The notes: generated by a model not told the origin, from the letters alone. Positions 7,350-15,115 are shown, counted from the stretch's first letter. The stretch is DNA of 20,000 nucleotides from an uncultured virus (IMG/VR IMGVR_UViG_3300028597_000015) (IMGVR_UViG_3300028597_000015); one strand, 5' to 3'. Numbers and translations are program-made.

Positions 7350-9665
7350 GTGATGGCCGATCCGATCCAGCCGCAGGCGCCGTTCGCCGATAGTGCGGAC
7401 AGCTACTGGAAGGCGGGGTGGCACTGCATCATCCCGATCACCGGGAAGTGGCCGCCCGAGAGCGGCTGGACCGGCAACGCCGGCCCCGACCCGTCGTACG
7501 CCGACGTCCGCAGTTGGATGGAGGGCAAACAGGGGGTCCGGAACATCGCGATCCGGATGCCCGAGGGCTACATCGGGATCGACGTCGACAACTACGGCGG
7601 TAAGCTCGGGGCGCAGACCTGGGCGCAGGCGGTGGAGCGTTGGGGGCCACCGCCAGCGACCTGGATCTCGACCTCCCGGTCCGACGGGATCTCCGGCATC
7701 CGGATCTACCGGGTGCCGCCGGGGCTGGCCTGGCCGGGGCAGGTCGGGCCGGGCATCGAGTGCATCGTGCACAGCCACCGGTACGCGATGGTCTGGCCGT
7801 CCCTCCATCCGGAGGGCCGGATGTACCGGTGGGTCCAGCCCGACGGTGCGGTCAGCCTGAATGGCATCCCGGACCCGACGCAGATCCCGTACCTCCCGCC
7901 GACCTGGGTCATCGGGCTGATGCGCGGGCAGCACAACCCGGACGACAAGGCCGACGTCGACCAGGGGGTCGCGGCCGAGTGGATCGAGGCCACCAACGCC
8001 CCCGGCGCGGCTCCCTGCGGGCCGCTGGTCATCGAACGGAACCGGACCCTGGCGACCATGGCCGGCGGCGGTTCCCGGCACGAGGCGGCCCGGGACGGCG
8101 TGCTGGCCATGGTCCGGTCGGCCGACCAGGGACACGTCGGGCTGGCCACCGCGCTGGACCAGACCCGGTCCGATTTCCTGGCCCGGGTGTCCGAGGACCG
8201 CAGCGGGGCGGCGTCCGAGTGGTCGCGGATCGTGCAGGGGGCGATCGCCATCGTCACGGCGAACCCCTCGGAGCGGCGGCGCGACCCGTGCCTGCCGCCG
8301 GTGGCCAACGTGATGCAGTTCCTGGCCCCGGTGATCGCGGCCACCGACGGCGCGGCGGCCCAGGTGATCTCCCTGGACCCGGACGCCAACGCCGGGGCAC
8401 CGGTGGTGGACCTGGCGGCGCCGCTGGGACCACCCCGGGCGGTCTCCTGGCCCTTCGGTGACGCGCTGGAGCTGATGGAGTCCATCGCGGCCGACGGCCC
8501 GCCGGTCGAGCTGCGGCGGTCCGACGGGGTCGCGCTGTTCTACGCCGGGCGCATCAACGGAATCATCGGACCGAGCGAGAGCGGGAAAACCTGGATCGTG
8601 CTGGAGGCGGTGCGGCAGGCATTGGCGGCGGGCCGGCGGGTGGTCTATTTCGATTTCGAGGACACCGTGCGGGGCATTGTCGATCGGCTCACCGCCATGG
8701 GTGTAGACATGGCCGAGCGACGGGGGTTCTTCCGGTATTCCGGGGGCGACGACGCGCCGACGGCGGACGGTCTGATCGGGCTGGCCGAGGAACTGACCGA
8801 GTATGCACCGCATTTGATTGTTCTCGACGGGGTGAATGCGGCGATGACCATCATGGGATTGGATCTGACCGATAACAAGGACGCCACCACATTCGCCCAG
8901 CGGGTATTGGACCCGATGGCCACGTCGGGGGCGGCGGTGGTCTACGTCGACCATGTGCCGAAGAACGGATTGATCGAATCAAAGGGCGGCATCGGTGCCC
9001 AGGCCAAGCGGGCGATGACCACCGGCACCGCCCTGCGGGTCGACGTCATCGACCAGTTCTCCCGGGGGCACGCCGGTTCGCTGTCGGTGTTTGTGGATAA
9101 GGATCGGAATGGATTCGTCCGGGAACGCAGCGGTGAAGGAAAGAATGTGGGCACCGCCTATATCGAGCCGGAGGACGGTGGCCGGCGGGTGGCCGTGCGA
9201 ATTGTGTACGACCCGGAATGGGAGGCGCAACCGTCCACGGACGACCGGATCAAGATCGACATCTGTGCCTATCTGACCGAGCAGGAGGGCCAGGGACCGG
9301 TCAGCGCGCGGGCCGTGGAGACGGCGGTCCAGGGTCGGGCGACGGCCATCCGGGAGGCCCTGAGATGGCTCCAGCAGCACGCATTTGTGCGGGACGAGGC
9401 CGGTGGACGCGGTCGGACGCGTCTGATCCTGCTCAAACCCTATCTGACCAGCGGATTGGGGATAACTCCAAGTGCGTCCATGGAAAAGGACGCACTTGGA
9501 CGCACCGGACGCGGTCCCACTCCGTCAAGTGCGTCCCGTGGGGTACACCCCGTAGGGGTACCCCATGGACGCATTTCGGCGGACCCAGAAGTTGATCATG
9601 AAAAACAACTGACCCTCGGCGACCCCGAGGGCGGTGATCCCGATGACCACCCGGCCGACGAGTGA
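7350..9665 (+). CDS. Bifunctional DNA primase/polymerase (Prim-Pol) fused to an AAA_25/RecA-like helicase and a C-terminal wHTH
   Basis: N-terminal GW..IP..GK.P, NIAIR, IGIDVD, TW.STS, HRYAMVWPS.HPEG..YRW; Walker A GPSESGKT; Walker B LIVLDG; VDH; KDR; start at 7350 or 7353. Confidence 0.9.
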   Translation: MMADPIQPQAPFADSADSYWKAGWHCIIPITGKWPPESGWTGNAGPDPSYADVRSWMEGKQGVRNIAIRMPEGYIGIDVDNYGGKLGAQTWAQAVERWGPPPATWISTSRSDGISGIRIYRVPPGLAWPGQVGPGIECIVHSHRYAMVWPSLHPEGRMYRWVQPDGAVSLNGIPDPTQIPYLPPTWVIGLMRGQHNPDDKADVDQGVAAEWIEATNAPGAAPCGPLVIERNRTLATMAGGGSRHEAARDGVLAMVRSADQGHVGLATALDQTRSDFLARVSEDRSGAASEWSRIVQGAIAIVTANPSERRRDPCLPPVANVMQFLAPVIAATDGAAAQVISLDPDANAGAPVVDLAAPLGPPRAVSWPFGDALELMESIAADGPPVELRRSDGVALFYAGRINGIIGPSESGKTWIVLEAVRQALAAGRRVVYFDFEDTVRGIVDRLTAMGVDMAERRGFFRYSGGDDAPTADGLIGLAEELTEYAPHLIVLDGVNAAMTIMGLDLTDNKDATTFAQRVLDPMATSGAAVVYVDHVPKNGLIESKGGIGAQAKRAMTTGTALRVDVIDQFSRGHAGSLSVFVDKDRNGFVRERSGEGKNVGTAYIEPEDGGRRVAVRIVYDPEWEAQPSTDDRIKIDICAYLTEQEGQGPVSARAVETAVQGRATAIREALRWLQQHAFVRDEAGGRGRTRLILLKPYLTSGLGITPSASMEKDALGRTGRGPTPSSASRGVHPVGVPHGRISADPEVDHEKQLTLGDPEGGDPDDHPADE
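9405..9576. repeat. Cluster of GGACGC repeats and two long inverted repeats (putative replication origin)
   Basis: Perfect 13-bp IR TCCAAGTGCGTCC/GGACGCACTTGGA (9467-9500); second long hairpin at 9527-9576; about 8 GGACGC/GCGTCC copies. Confidence 0.6.
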
Positions 9666-10125
9666 CCGGCGGTGGACGCCGGCCATCGAGGCCCGGCTGA
9701 TCGCGCTGGGCCTGCTGGACGCGGGCACCGGGGCGACCCGGCGGGCCAGGGCGGTGCGCTGTGGCAATTGCCGTCGACCGGTCATTCTTGGATTGGATGC
9801 CGATTTCGGTTCCTGTGTCGCCGAATGTGACCCGGGTCCGCTGAGTCCGTACGGCGAGGCGTTGGCCCGGTTGGCTCGGCGGTGCACCTACAGCTTCCGA
9901 TTCCTCGGCGGTCGATATCAATTGGACATCCGGGATCAATTCATTATCGCCGGTGAAGGCAAACACCCACGCCGATTCGCCGACGTACTGGTCAACCACC
10001 AATGCGATTCCGATCTGTTCTTTCCAATCCAGCCCAGCCAGTTGCCGGATCAATTCGGCTCGCGGTGGGGCAAGTGGCGGGACAAGGGGCCGGATAATCC
10101 GGCACTTGACACGCCTCCATTCTAG
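9643..10125 (+). CDS. Hypothetical protein with CxxC (putative Zn-binding)
   Basis: RCGNCRRPVILGLD...CDP.PLSP.GEA.A....R...VL..HQC; start at 9643 or 9634. Confidence 0.7.
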   Translation: MTTRPTSDRRWTPAIEARLIALGLLDAGTGATRRARAVRCGNCRRPVILGLDADFGSCVAECDPGPLSPYGEALARLARRCTYSFRFLGGRYQLDIRDQFIIAGEGKHPRRFADVLVNHQCDSDLFFPIQPSQLPDQFGSRWGKWRDKGPDNPALDTPPF

Positions 10126-10134
10126 GAGGAAGAT

Positions 10135-10530
10135 GTGCCTCGAACACGGAGTCGGGCTTCGGCCAAGGCTGCGGGCTCACGATTCGAAACGGGAATTGCC
10201 GTGTATTTGGCCGGCAATCTCGATGATCGAATCGAACGGCGAGTCCGTAATGGGTCGAAAGACCGGGGCGATATCGCCAATATCCGATTGATTCCCGCAT
10301 TAGGTGGCCATCGAGTCACCGCCGAATGCAAGGACGTCGCGAAAGTTTCCCTCGGTTCCTGGTATTCCGAGGCGGAAATCGAACGCCTCAATGACGGTGC
10401 CCTGCTGACCATGGTCATCCACAAACGCGTGCGTACGACCGACCCCGGAAAGCAATGGGTCACGATGACCGTCGATGACCTGATCGCCCTGCTGATCGGG
10501 CGGCGCCCGGCCCGACCCGAGGCGGCGTGA
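10135..10530 (+). CDS. Holliday junction resolvase (actinophage PD-(D/E)XK type)
   Basis: AGGAGG RBS; AK.AG..FE..IA.YL...ERR...G..DRGDI...ECK...W..EA..E..N.......HKR signature. Confidence 0.85.
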   Translation: MPRTRSRASAKAAGSRFETGIAVYLAGNLDDRIERRVRNGSKDRGDIANIRLIPALGGHRVTAECKDVAKVSLGSWYSEAEIERLNDGALLTMVIHKRVRTTDPGKQWVTMTVDDLIALLIGRRPARPEAA

Positions 10531-10775
10531 TGGCCATCATGCTGCCGCCGGACGATCCACGGCACGGGCTCAACGGATACAACAACCTGGACTGCCGCTG
10601 TCCGATCTGCCGCGCGGCCAACACCGAGTACCAGCGTGATCTCCGGCGGCGCAAGGCGAACACCCTGCCGCTCGGCGATCCCCGGCACGGAACGCTCAGC
10701 GGTTACACGAACTACAGGTGCCGGTGCGGCCAGTGCCGCGCGGCGCGCCGGGCGTACCGGCCGGTGTCGGCATGA
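10527..10775 (+). CDS. Small protein with two HG..GY...CRC..CR repeats (Zn-binding, actinophage family)
   Basis: DPRHGLNGYNNLDCRCPICRAA and DPRHGTLSGYTNYRCRCGQCRAA. Confidence 0.8.
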   Translation: MMAIMLPPDDPRHGLNGYNNLDCRCPICRAANTEYQRDLRRRKANTLPLGDPRHGTLSGYTNYRCRCGQCRAARRAYRPVSA

Positions 10776-12136
10776 CCGAGATCGAGACGTTCCCGCTGTT
10801 CGACCTGCCCGCCCCCGGTTTCCCGCGTATCGGCTCGCTGTTCTCCGGCACCGGCGCCCTGGACCTGGGCGTCCGGGCGGCGCTGGGCGGCGAGACCGCC
10901 TGGTTCTGCGACAACGCGCCCACCGCGCAGGCCATCCTGGACCACCACTGGCCGCAGATCCCCAACCTGGGCGACATCGCGGCGGTGGACTGGGGCGAGG
11001 TCGAGCCGGTCGACGTGCTGATCGGCGGGTTCCCCTGCACCGACGTGAGCGCGGCGGGCCGGCGGACGGGGTTGATCCGGCACACCGGCCGGACCCGCAG
11101 TGGACTGTGGTTCCACATGGCCGAGGCGATCCAGACCCTGCGCCCGGGCCTGGTTGTCATCGAGAACGTGAAGGGATTGCTCAATGCGCCAACAGATTTC
11201 GACCCTGCGGTACTCGCGTGTCCGTCATGCGTGGACGCAACCGGATCGCCGAGTCTCGGGTTGCGGGCACTCGGCGCCGTACTCGGGGACTTGGCCGACA
11301 TCGGGTATGACGCGGCGTGGCGTGTGGTCGCCGCTGGCCCCAAGCCCGGGAGCATGGTCCCTGACGTGGGTAGCTGCCACCGACGGGAGCGCGTCTTCGC
11401 CGTTGCCTGGCCTGCCGACACCGACGGCGCGGGACTGGCGCAGTGGTGCGAGCAATCTGCACGGCCGGCGGACCGAGCACAACTGGGGGGTGCAGGGCCG
11501 ACCGCTGAACGAGGTCGTGCTGACCCTGATGCCGTCCAGCGGCCCGGGCCGACCGCCCTCCTCCCGACCCCCGAGTCCAGCGACTCCACCGGTGGCCGGG
11601 TAGCCACCGAGCTGGGCGGCCGGCGCCCGTCCGGCACCAAGCGGGCGGTCACCCTGGCCACCGCCGTGGCCCACCTGCTGCCCACCCCCGATGCCAAGAT
11701 CAGCGCGAGCGGTCCGGACTACGCCCGGATGGGTCGACCGCGCAGCGGCGGCCACGACCTGGTGACCGCGCTGGCCCTGGAGTACCCGCACGACGCGCCC
11801 GCCGTGGACTGGGGCAAGTACGCGGTGGCGGTCCACCGGTGGGAGGCGCTGACCCGCCCGGCCCCGCCCCCCACGGCGGTGGGACCGCGTGGTGCGTACC
11901 GGCTCTCGCCGCTGTTCGTGGAGTGGATGATGGGCCTGCCGCCGGGCTGGGTGACCGACGCCGAGCTACCGGCCGACCGGGGGCCGGTCCGCCGGCAGCA
12001 ACTGAAGGCGCTGGGCGACGGCGTGGTGCCGCAGCAGGTGGCGCTGGCCGTGCGCGGCCTGCTCGCCGACGTGCGGTCGGCGCTGGAGATACCACCCCCG
12101 ATTTCCCCTGTTCGGGCTAAGCGAAGGGCGTCGTGA
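10772..12136 (+). CDS. DNA cytosine-C5 methyltransferase (orphan phage type)
   Basis: ATG 10772 (ATGA overlap); motif I SLFSGTG, IV GGFPC, VI ENV, VIII HRRERVF, LPTP repeats, IX RLSPLFVEWMMGLP, X LGDGVVPQ. Confidence 0.92.
   Translation: MTEIETFPLFDLPAPGFPRIGSLFSGTGALDLGVRAALGGETAWFCDNAPTAQAILDHHWPQIPNLGDIAAVDWGEVEPVDVLIGGFPCTDVSAAGRRTGLIRHTGRTRSGLWFHMAEAIQTLRPGLVVIENVKGLLNAPTDFDPAVLACPSCVDATGSPSLGLRALGAVLGDLADIGYDAAWRVVAAGPKPGSMVPDVGSCHRRERVFAVAWPADTDGAGLAQWCEQSARPADRAQLGGAGPTAERGRADPDAVQRPGPTALLPTPESSDSTGGRVATELGGRRPSGTKRAVTLATAVAHLLPTPDAKISASGPDYARMGRPRSGGHDLVTALALEYPHDAPAVDWGKYAVAVHRWEALTRPAPPPTAVGPRGAYRLSPLFVEWMMGLPPGWVTDAELPADRGPVRRQQLKALGDGVVPQQVALAVRGLLADVRSALEIPPPISPVRAKRRAS
11184..11603 (+). 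CDS. Nested +1-frame ORF inside the methyltransferase (beta-subunit-like, LPTP repeat)
   Basis: AAGGGA 7 nt before the ATG; encodes SGTWPTSGMTRRG and LPTPTARDWRSG...PLNEVV, the repeat type also seen in the main frame. Confidence 0.45.
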   Translation: MRQQISTLRYSRVRHAWTQPDRRVSGCGHSAPYSGTWPTSGMTRRGVWSPLAPSPGAWSLTWVAATDGSASSPLPGLPTPTARDWRSGASNLHGRRTEHNWGVQGRPLNEVVLTLMPSSGPGRPPSSRPPSPATPPVAG

Positions 12137-12249
12137 TGGGTAGGATTCACACGGTTCGGTCGGACGGCGAGTCCCTGGGTTTCCCCGGGCGTGGAGTGGT
12201 GTCCCACTCGCTCGCCCGACCGAACCTCATCACGGGACCGGTCCGATGA
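12136..12249 (+). CDS. Putative 37-aa minigene
   Basis: Hand translation MGRIHTVRSDGESLGFPGRGVVSHSLARPNLITGPVR; TGATG and ATGA overlaps at its ends; weak codon bias. Confidence 0.4.
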   Translation: MGRIHTVRSDGESLGFPGRGVVSHSLARPNLITGPVR

Positions 12250-12482
12250 CCGCCGTCCAGATCCCCAAGAGCCCGCCGGGCTACACCCGGTTCACCTACG
12301 CCGGTGCTCGCATCCGACGCGAGGACGCGGCCCGGGCGATCTCCCGGATGTGGGAGTGCGCCGGTGGCGACCCCGACCAGACGCGTGAGATCGCCCAGGC
12401 CCTGTTCGCCCCCCTGGAACCGCCCCCTCGCCCCGTCCGGCACCGTCCGGGCCGTCAGCGGCCATCTGAGAGGCACGAATGA
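12246..12482 (+). CDS. Hypothetical protein (78 aa)
   Basis: High GC3; stop overlaps the next ATG. Confidence 0.65.
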   Translation: MTAVQIPKSPPGYTRFTYAGARIRREDAARAISRMWECAGGDPDQTREIAQALFAPLEPPPRPVRHRPGRQRPSERHE

Positions 12483-12643
12483 CCACACCCAGCGAGGACG
12501 ACTACCAGGCCCGGGTCGTGCTGATCGAGCTGATGTGCCGGGCCGATCCGGACGAGACGATCCCGCTGGAGATGATCGTGCGGATGGCCCGGACGATCCT
12601 GGACGCCGGCTTCCACCGGCCGGAGCCGGAGGGCGACGGATGA
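12479..12643 (+). CDS. Hypothetical protein (54 aa; absent from the ORF track)
   Basis: Hand translation MTTPSEDDYQARVVLIELMCRADPDETIPLEMIVRMARTILDAGFHRPEPEGDG; GAGAGG RBS; ATGA overlaps at both ends. Confidence 0.7.
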   Translation: MTTPSEDDYQARVVLIELMCRADPDETIPLEMIVRMARTILDAGFHRPEPEGDG

Positions 12644-13515
12644 CCGAGTGCCCGGCCTGCGCCCGGCGCAGCGACGACGGCCTGGTCTGCGTGCGCTGCG
12701 CCCGGTTCGCGGTGAACGACCTGGCGGCCATCGCCGGCCTGTGGCCCGACCTGGAGATCACGATGACCCGGCAGGCCAAGGTCGGCGGGGACGACAGCGG
12801 TCGGCATGCCCGCTCGGCCGTCGTGCCGCTGCCGTTCCACGAGGCGGCGGCGACCGTGGTCGGCGACGTCCGGCTGACGCTGGTCGCCTGGATGGGCGCG
12901 TTCGACCTGGGCGACACGGTGTCCACCACCAACCCCGCCCCCATTTGCCGGTGGCTGGTCGAGCGGATGAACCGCTGGCGCGGGCACCCGGAGGGGTACC
13001 GGTTCACCGACGAGATCGGCGACTGCGCCCGGCGGGTGGTGCGGGTGGTGGACGCCCCGCCGGTGACCATCTACCTGGGTACCTGCGAGGAGATCGCCGA
13101 CGTCAGCACCGACGACCGGGGGTACGACCACGAGACCCTGTGTGGGACCGAGATGTACGCCCGGCCCAGCGATCTGACCCACGAGTGCCGGGTCTGCCAT
13201 GTCGTCTACGACGTGCCCGCCCGGCGGGCCGAGATCATCCACCGGTCGATGGCCAGCGCCGCCACGGTGAACGTGTGCACCAAGCTGTTGGCGGCGTTCG
13301 GCCTGCCGGTGACGGCGGACACCGTCCAGAACTGGGCACGGCCCAGGCGCAAGCGCAATCCCGAGACGGGCGTGATGGAAACCATTGCCCCGGCCCGTCT
13401 TTCCAGCGTCGGGAAGAATCACCTGGGTCAGAAGCTGTACCACATCGGCGACGTCGAGACGCTGGCCCGGGAGATGATGGAGATCCGGGAGACCAAGCGG
13501 CGCAAGGGTGCCTGA
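12640..13515 (+). CDS. Zn-finger plus C-terminal HTH DNA-binding protein (putative late-gene regulator)
   Basis: ATG 12640 with GGAGG RBS; CPAC..CVRC, LGTC...CG...CRVC, and MerR-like tail TVQNWAR...LYHIGDV; last gene of the replication operon, a typical position in temperate actinophages. Confidence 0.75.
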   Translation: MTECPACARRSDDGLVCVRCARFAVNDLAAIAGLWPDLEITMTRQAKVGGDDSGRHARSAVVPLPFHEAAATVVGDVRLTLVAWMGAFDLGDTVSTTNPAPICRWLVERMNRWRGHPEGYRFTDEIGDCARRVVRVVDAPPVTIYLGTCEEIADVSTDDRGYDHETLCGTEMYARPSDLTHECRVCHVVYDVPARRAEIIHRSMASAATVNVCTKLLAAFGLPVTADTVQNWARPRRKRNPETGVMETIAPARLSSVGKNHLGQKLYHIGDVETLAREMMEIRETKRRKGA

Positions 13516-13604
13516 GACCCCCACCCCGGGGATGTTCCCGGTCGGATTCCGTGTAGCGCGCACACGCCGACGTTGATCCCCCGGGGTTGGGTTACCGCCC
13601 CTGA

Positions 13605-13711
13605 TTTCCCATGCCCGGCCCGGTTTCCCACGCCGCCCCCGGTTTCCCATACCGGGCCTCGTTTCCCATGCCGCCCCTCGTTTCCCACGTCGGACCGGCA
13701 CCGTTTTCCCA
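13605..13711 (+). repeat. Imperfect tandem repeat with core TTTCCCA, five copies at a 19-bp period plus a sixth
   Basis: TTTCCCA at 13605, 13624, 13643, 13662, 13681, 13705. Confidence 0.9.
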
Positions 13712-13727
13712 CGTCAGCCGGGGTCCT

Positions 13728-13755
13728 TTGCCCGCGTCGGGGGTGGATGTAGACT
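13728..13755 (+). promoter_or_regulatory. Putative sigmaA-type promoter TTGCCC-N16-TAGACT
   Basis: TAGACT is a good actinobacterial -10; lies just downstream of the repeats. Confidence 0.4.
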
Positions 13756-13819
13756 GCCGACACGTCGGCACTGCGGCGGGGGGAGCGAAAGCCCGCCGTG
13801 CGGCCAGCGCCCGCAACAC

Positions 13820-13865
13820 CACGAACCCCTTGCCGCATGTTCCAGGCAGGGGGATTCGTGTGCAT
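13820..13865. terminator. Stem-loop, probable intrinsic terminator between convergent units
   Basis: CACGAACCCCTTGCC / GGCAGGGGGATTCGTG stem with one bulge, followed by TGCAT. Confidence 0.55.
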
Positions 13866-13950
13866 GGGGCCACGGCTCGGGCGGTCCTCGCCTTGGACCC
13901 AGGGGGGGCGGGTCCGTACAGGCTCATCGCCCGGGCCGGGCGGGGCCAAC

Positions 13951-14388
13951 CTACAGCACAACGGTGGCGCACTTCACCTGTGGGTTGGTGCCGGTGTTCC
14001 GGGTGCGGTCGACGGTGCCGATCGTCTGCCCGGTGTCCTGGTCGATGACCTCCATCCAGCAGTCGATCCAGCCCGTGCCGTTCAGCTCGGCCGTGACGGA
14101 TGCCTGCTGGCCCTGGGGCACGGGCTCGCCGATCGGCTTGTCCATCGGCAGGGTGATGGTGCCCGTCCCGACTCCGTCCTGGGTGGTCATCACCACCTTC
14201 GCGGTGGCCGGTGCCTCGCCCGGCTGCGGGGTGGTCCGGCCGGTGGACGAGGCGACGTGGTACACCACCAGGCGGATGGCCGGGGACTCGACGCCGGTGG
14301 TGGCGGTGGTGTCCGTCGCGGTGGAGGTGCAGGCCGTGAGGCCGGTGACCAGGGTCGCCGCAGCGACCAGGGCGGTGAGCTTGCGCAT
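13951..14388 (-). CDS. Lipoprotein, MmpS-like fold (accessory gene)
   Basis: ATG 14388 with GAGG RBS; signal peptide with lipobox LTAC; Thr-rich linker; V.Y.V...LP...SVTA...G.I.C.......V.C pattern with two Cys as in MmpS-family domains. Confidence 0.75.
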   Translation of the reverse strand: MRKLTALVAAATLVTGLTACTSTATDTTATTGVESPAIRLVVYHVASSTGRTTPQPGEAPATAKVVMTTQDGVGTGTITLPMDKPIGEPVPQGQQASVTAELNGTGWIDCWMEVIDQDTGQTIGTVDRTRNTGTNPQVKCATVVL

Positions 14389-14702
14389 GTGTGTGGTGTC
14401 CTCTCGGGTCCGGATCGTCATCGACCCGGGCTCCATCAACGATCCCGGTCGGTCCGTGCCGCTGCGAGCCCTGTCCGGGTGGCGGCGTTCGTCCGAACGG
14501 GTGAACTTGTCCATCCCCGCCGGACGGACGGGCGCGATTCGACGTTCATTCGTCCGGCCCGCGCGGGCCGCGTATTCTTCGGTGGTGCGCCAAAAAATTT
14601 AATACACCAAATCGGCGAAACCCTCCCTCGGGGCGTGTGTCGTTTCGACCCCCTAGTTTGGCCTCTGAACAAACCCCTCGCCGGCCGGTCCCGGTGGGCC
14701 AT

Positions 14703-14718
14703 TCGAACGCCTGTTCGA
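14703..14718. promoter_or_regulatory. Actinobacterial LexA (SOS) box, perfect match
   Basis: TCGAAC-GCCT-GTTCGA equals the consensus TCGAAC-N4-GTTCGA; intergenic. Confidence 0.7.
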
Positions 14719-14772
14719 CACCCAATGAACGTTTCAATCCGGGTCATTTCGCATTGCGAACTATCGGAGTAT

Positions 14773-14788
14773 TCGAATACTTGTTCGA
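14773..14788. promoter_or_regulatory. LexA (SOS) box, one mismatch
   Basis: TCGAAT-ACTT-GTTCGA. Confidence 0.55.
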
Positions 14789-14875
14789 CCATTGAATTCG
14801 CGGCCGCCGCACGGCCAGGCCGGAAGATGATCATGAAAAATGACCATTCCGCCGGCCTCCCATGATGATCTTGGT

Positions 14876-14948
14876 CGACCATTGTCGGGCAGGCTCGCGC
14901 CGTATTCAGTTGTCAATTCGCCCGACCATTTTTGGGCAGGCTCGCGCC
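14876..14948 (+). repeat. 26-bp direct repeat (24/26 identical)
   Basis: CGACCATTGTCGGGCAGGCTCGCGCC (14876) and CGACCATTTTTGGGCAGGCTCGCGCC (14923). Confidence 0.85.
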
Positions 14949-15115
14949 TACCTGAACAATGGTCGCCCGAAAATTCCGGGATGCGTCGATAGCGCCATCG
15001 GTCGACCATTGTTCGGCCGGTCCGGATGGCGCCATGGGTCACGCGTGTTGGTGTCCTAGTAATCATGTAATCATGGCTTGTCAAGGGCAGCTACCGGGGC
15101 AGCTACCGCGCGGCA

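Noticed and set aside
7278..8954. Long minus-strand ORFs (7278..8954, 2474..3391, 4699..5880, 12502..13701, 10696..11697)
   Set aside because: Antisense shadows of high-GC3 genes; Arg/Gly/Pro/His-rich with no recognisable motifs
11400..11570. Methyltransferase as a frameshifted pseudogene
   Set aside because: The main frame is open from motif I to motif X; the alternative-frame signal is reported as a nested ORF instead
13605..13711. Regularly spaced repeats as a CRISPR array (with the Cas4-like gene at 4064)
   Set aside because: The period is only 19 bp with a 7-10 bp core and related spacers; there are no other cas genes, and solo Cas4-like nucleases are ordinary phage recombination genes
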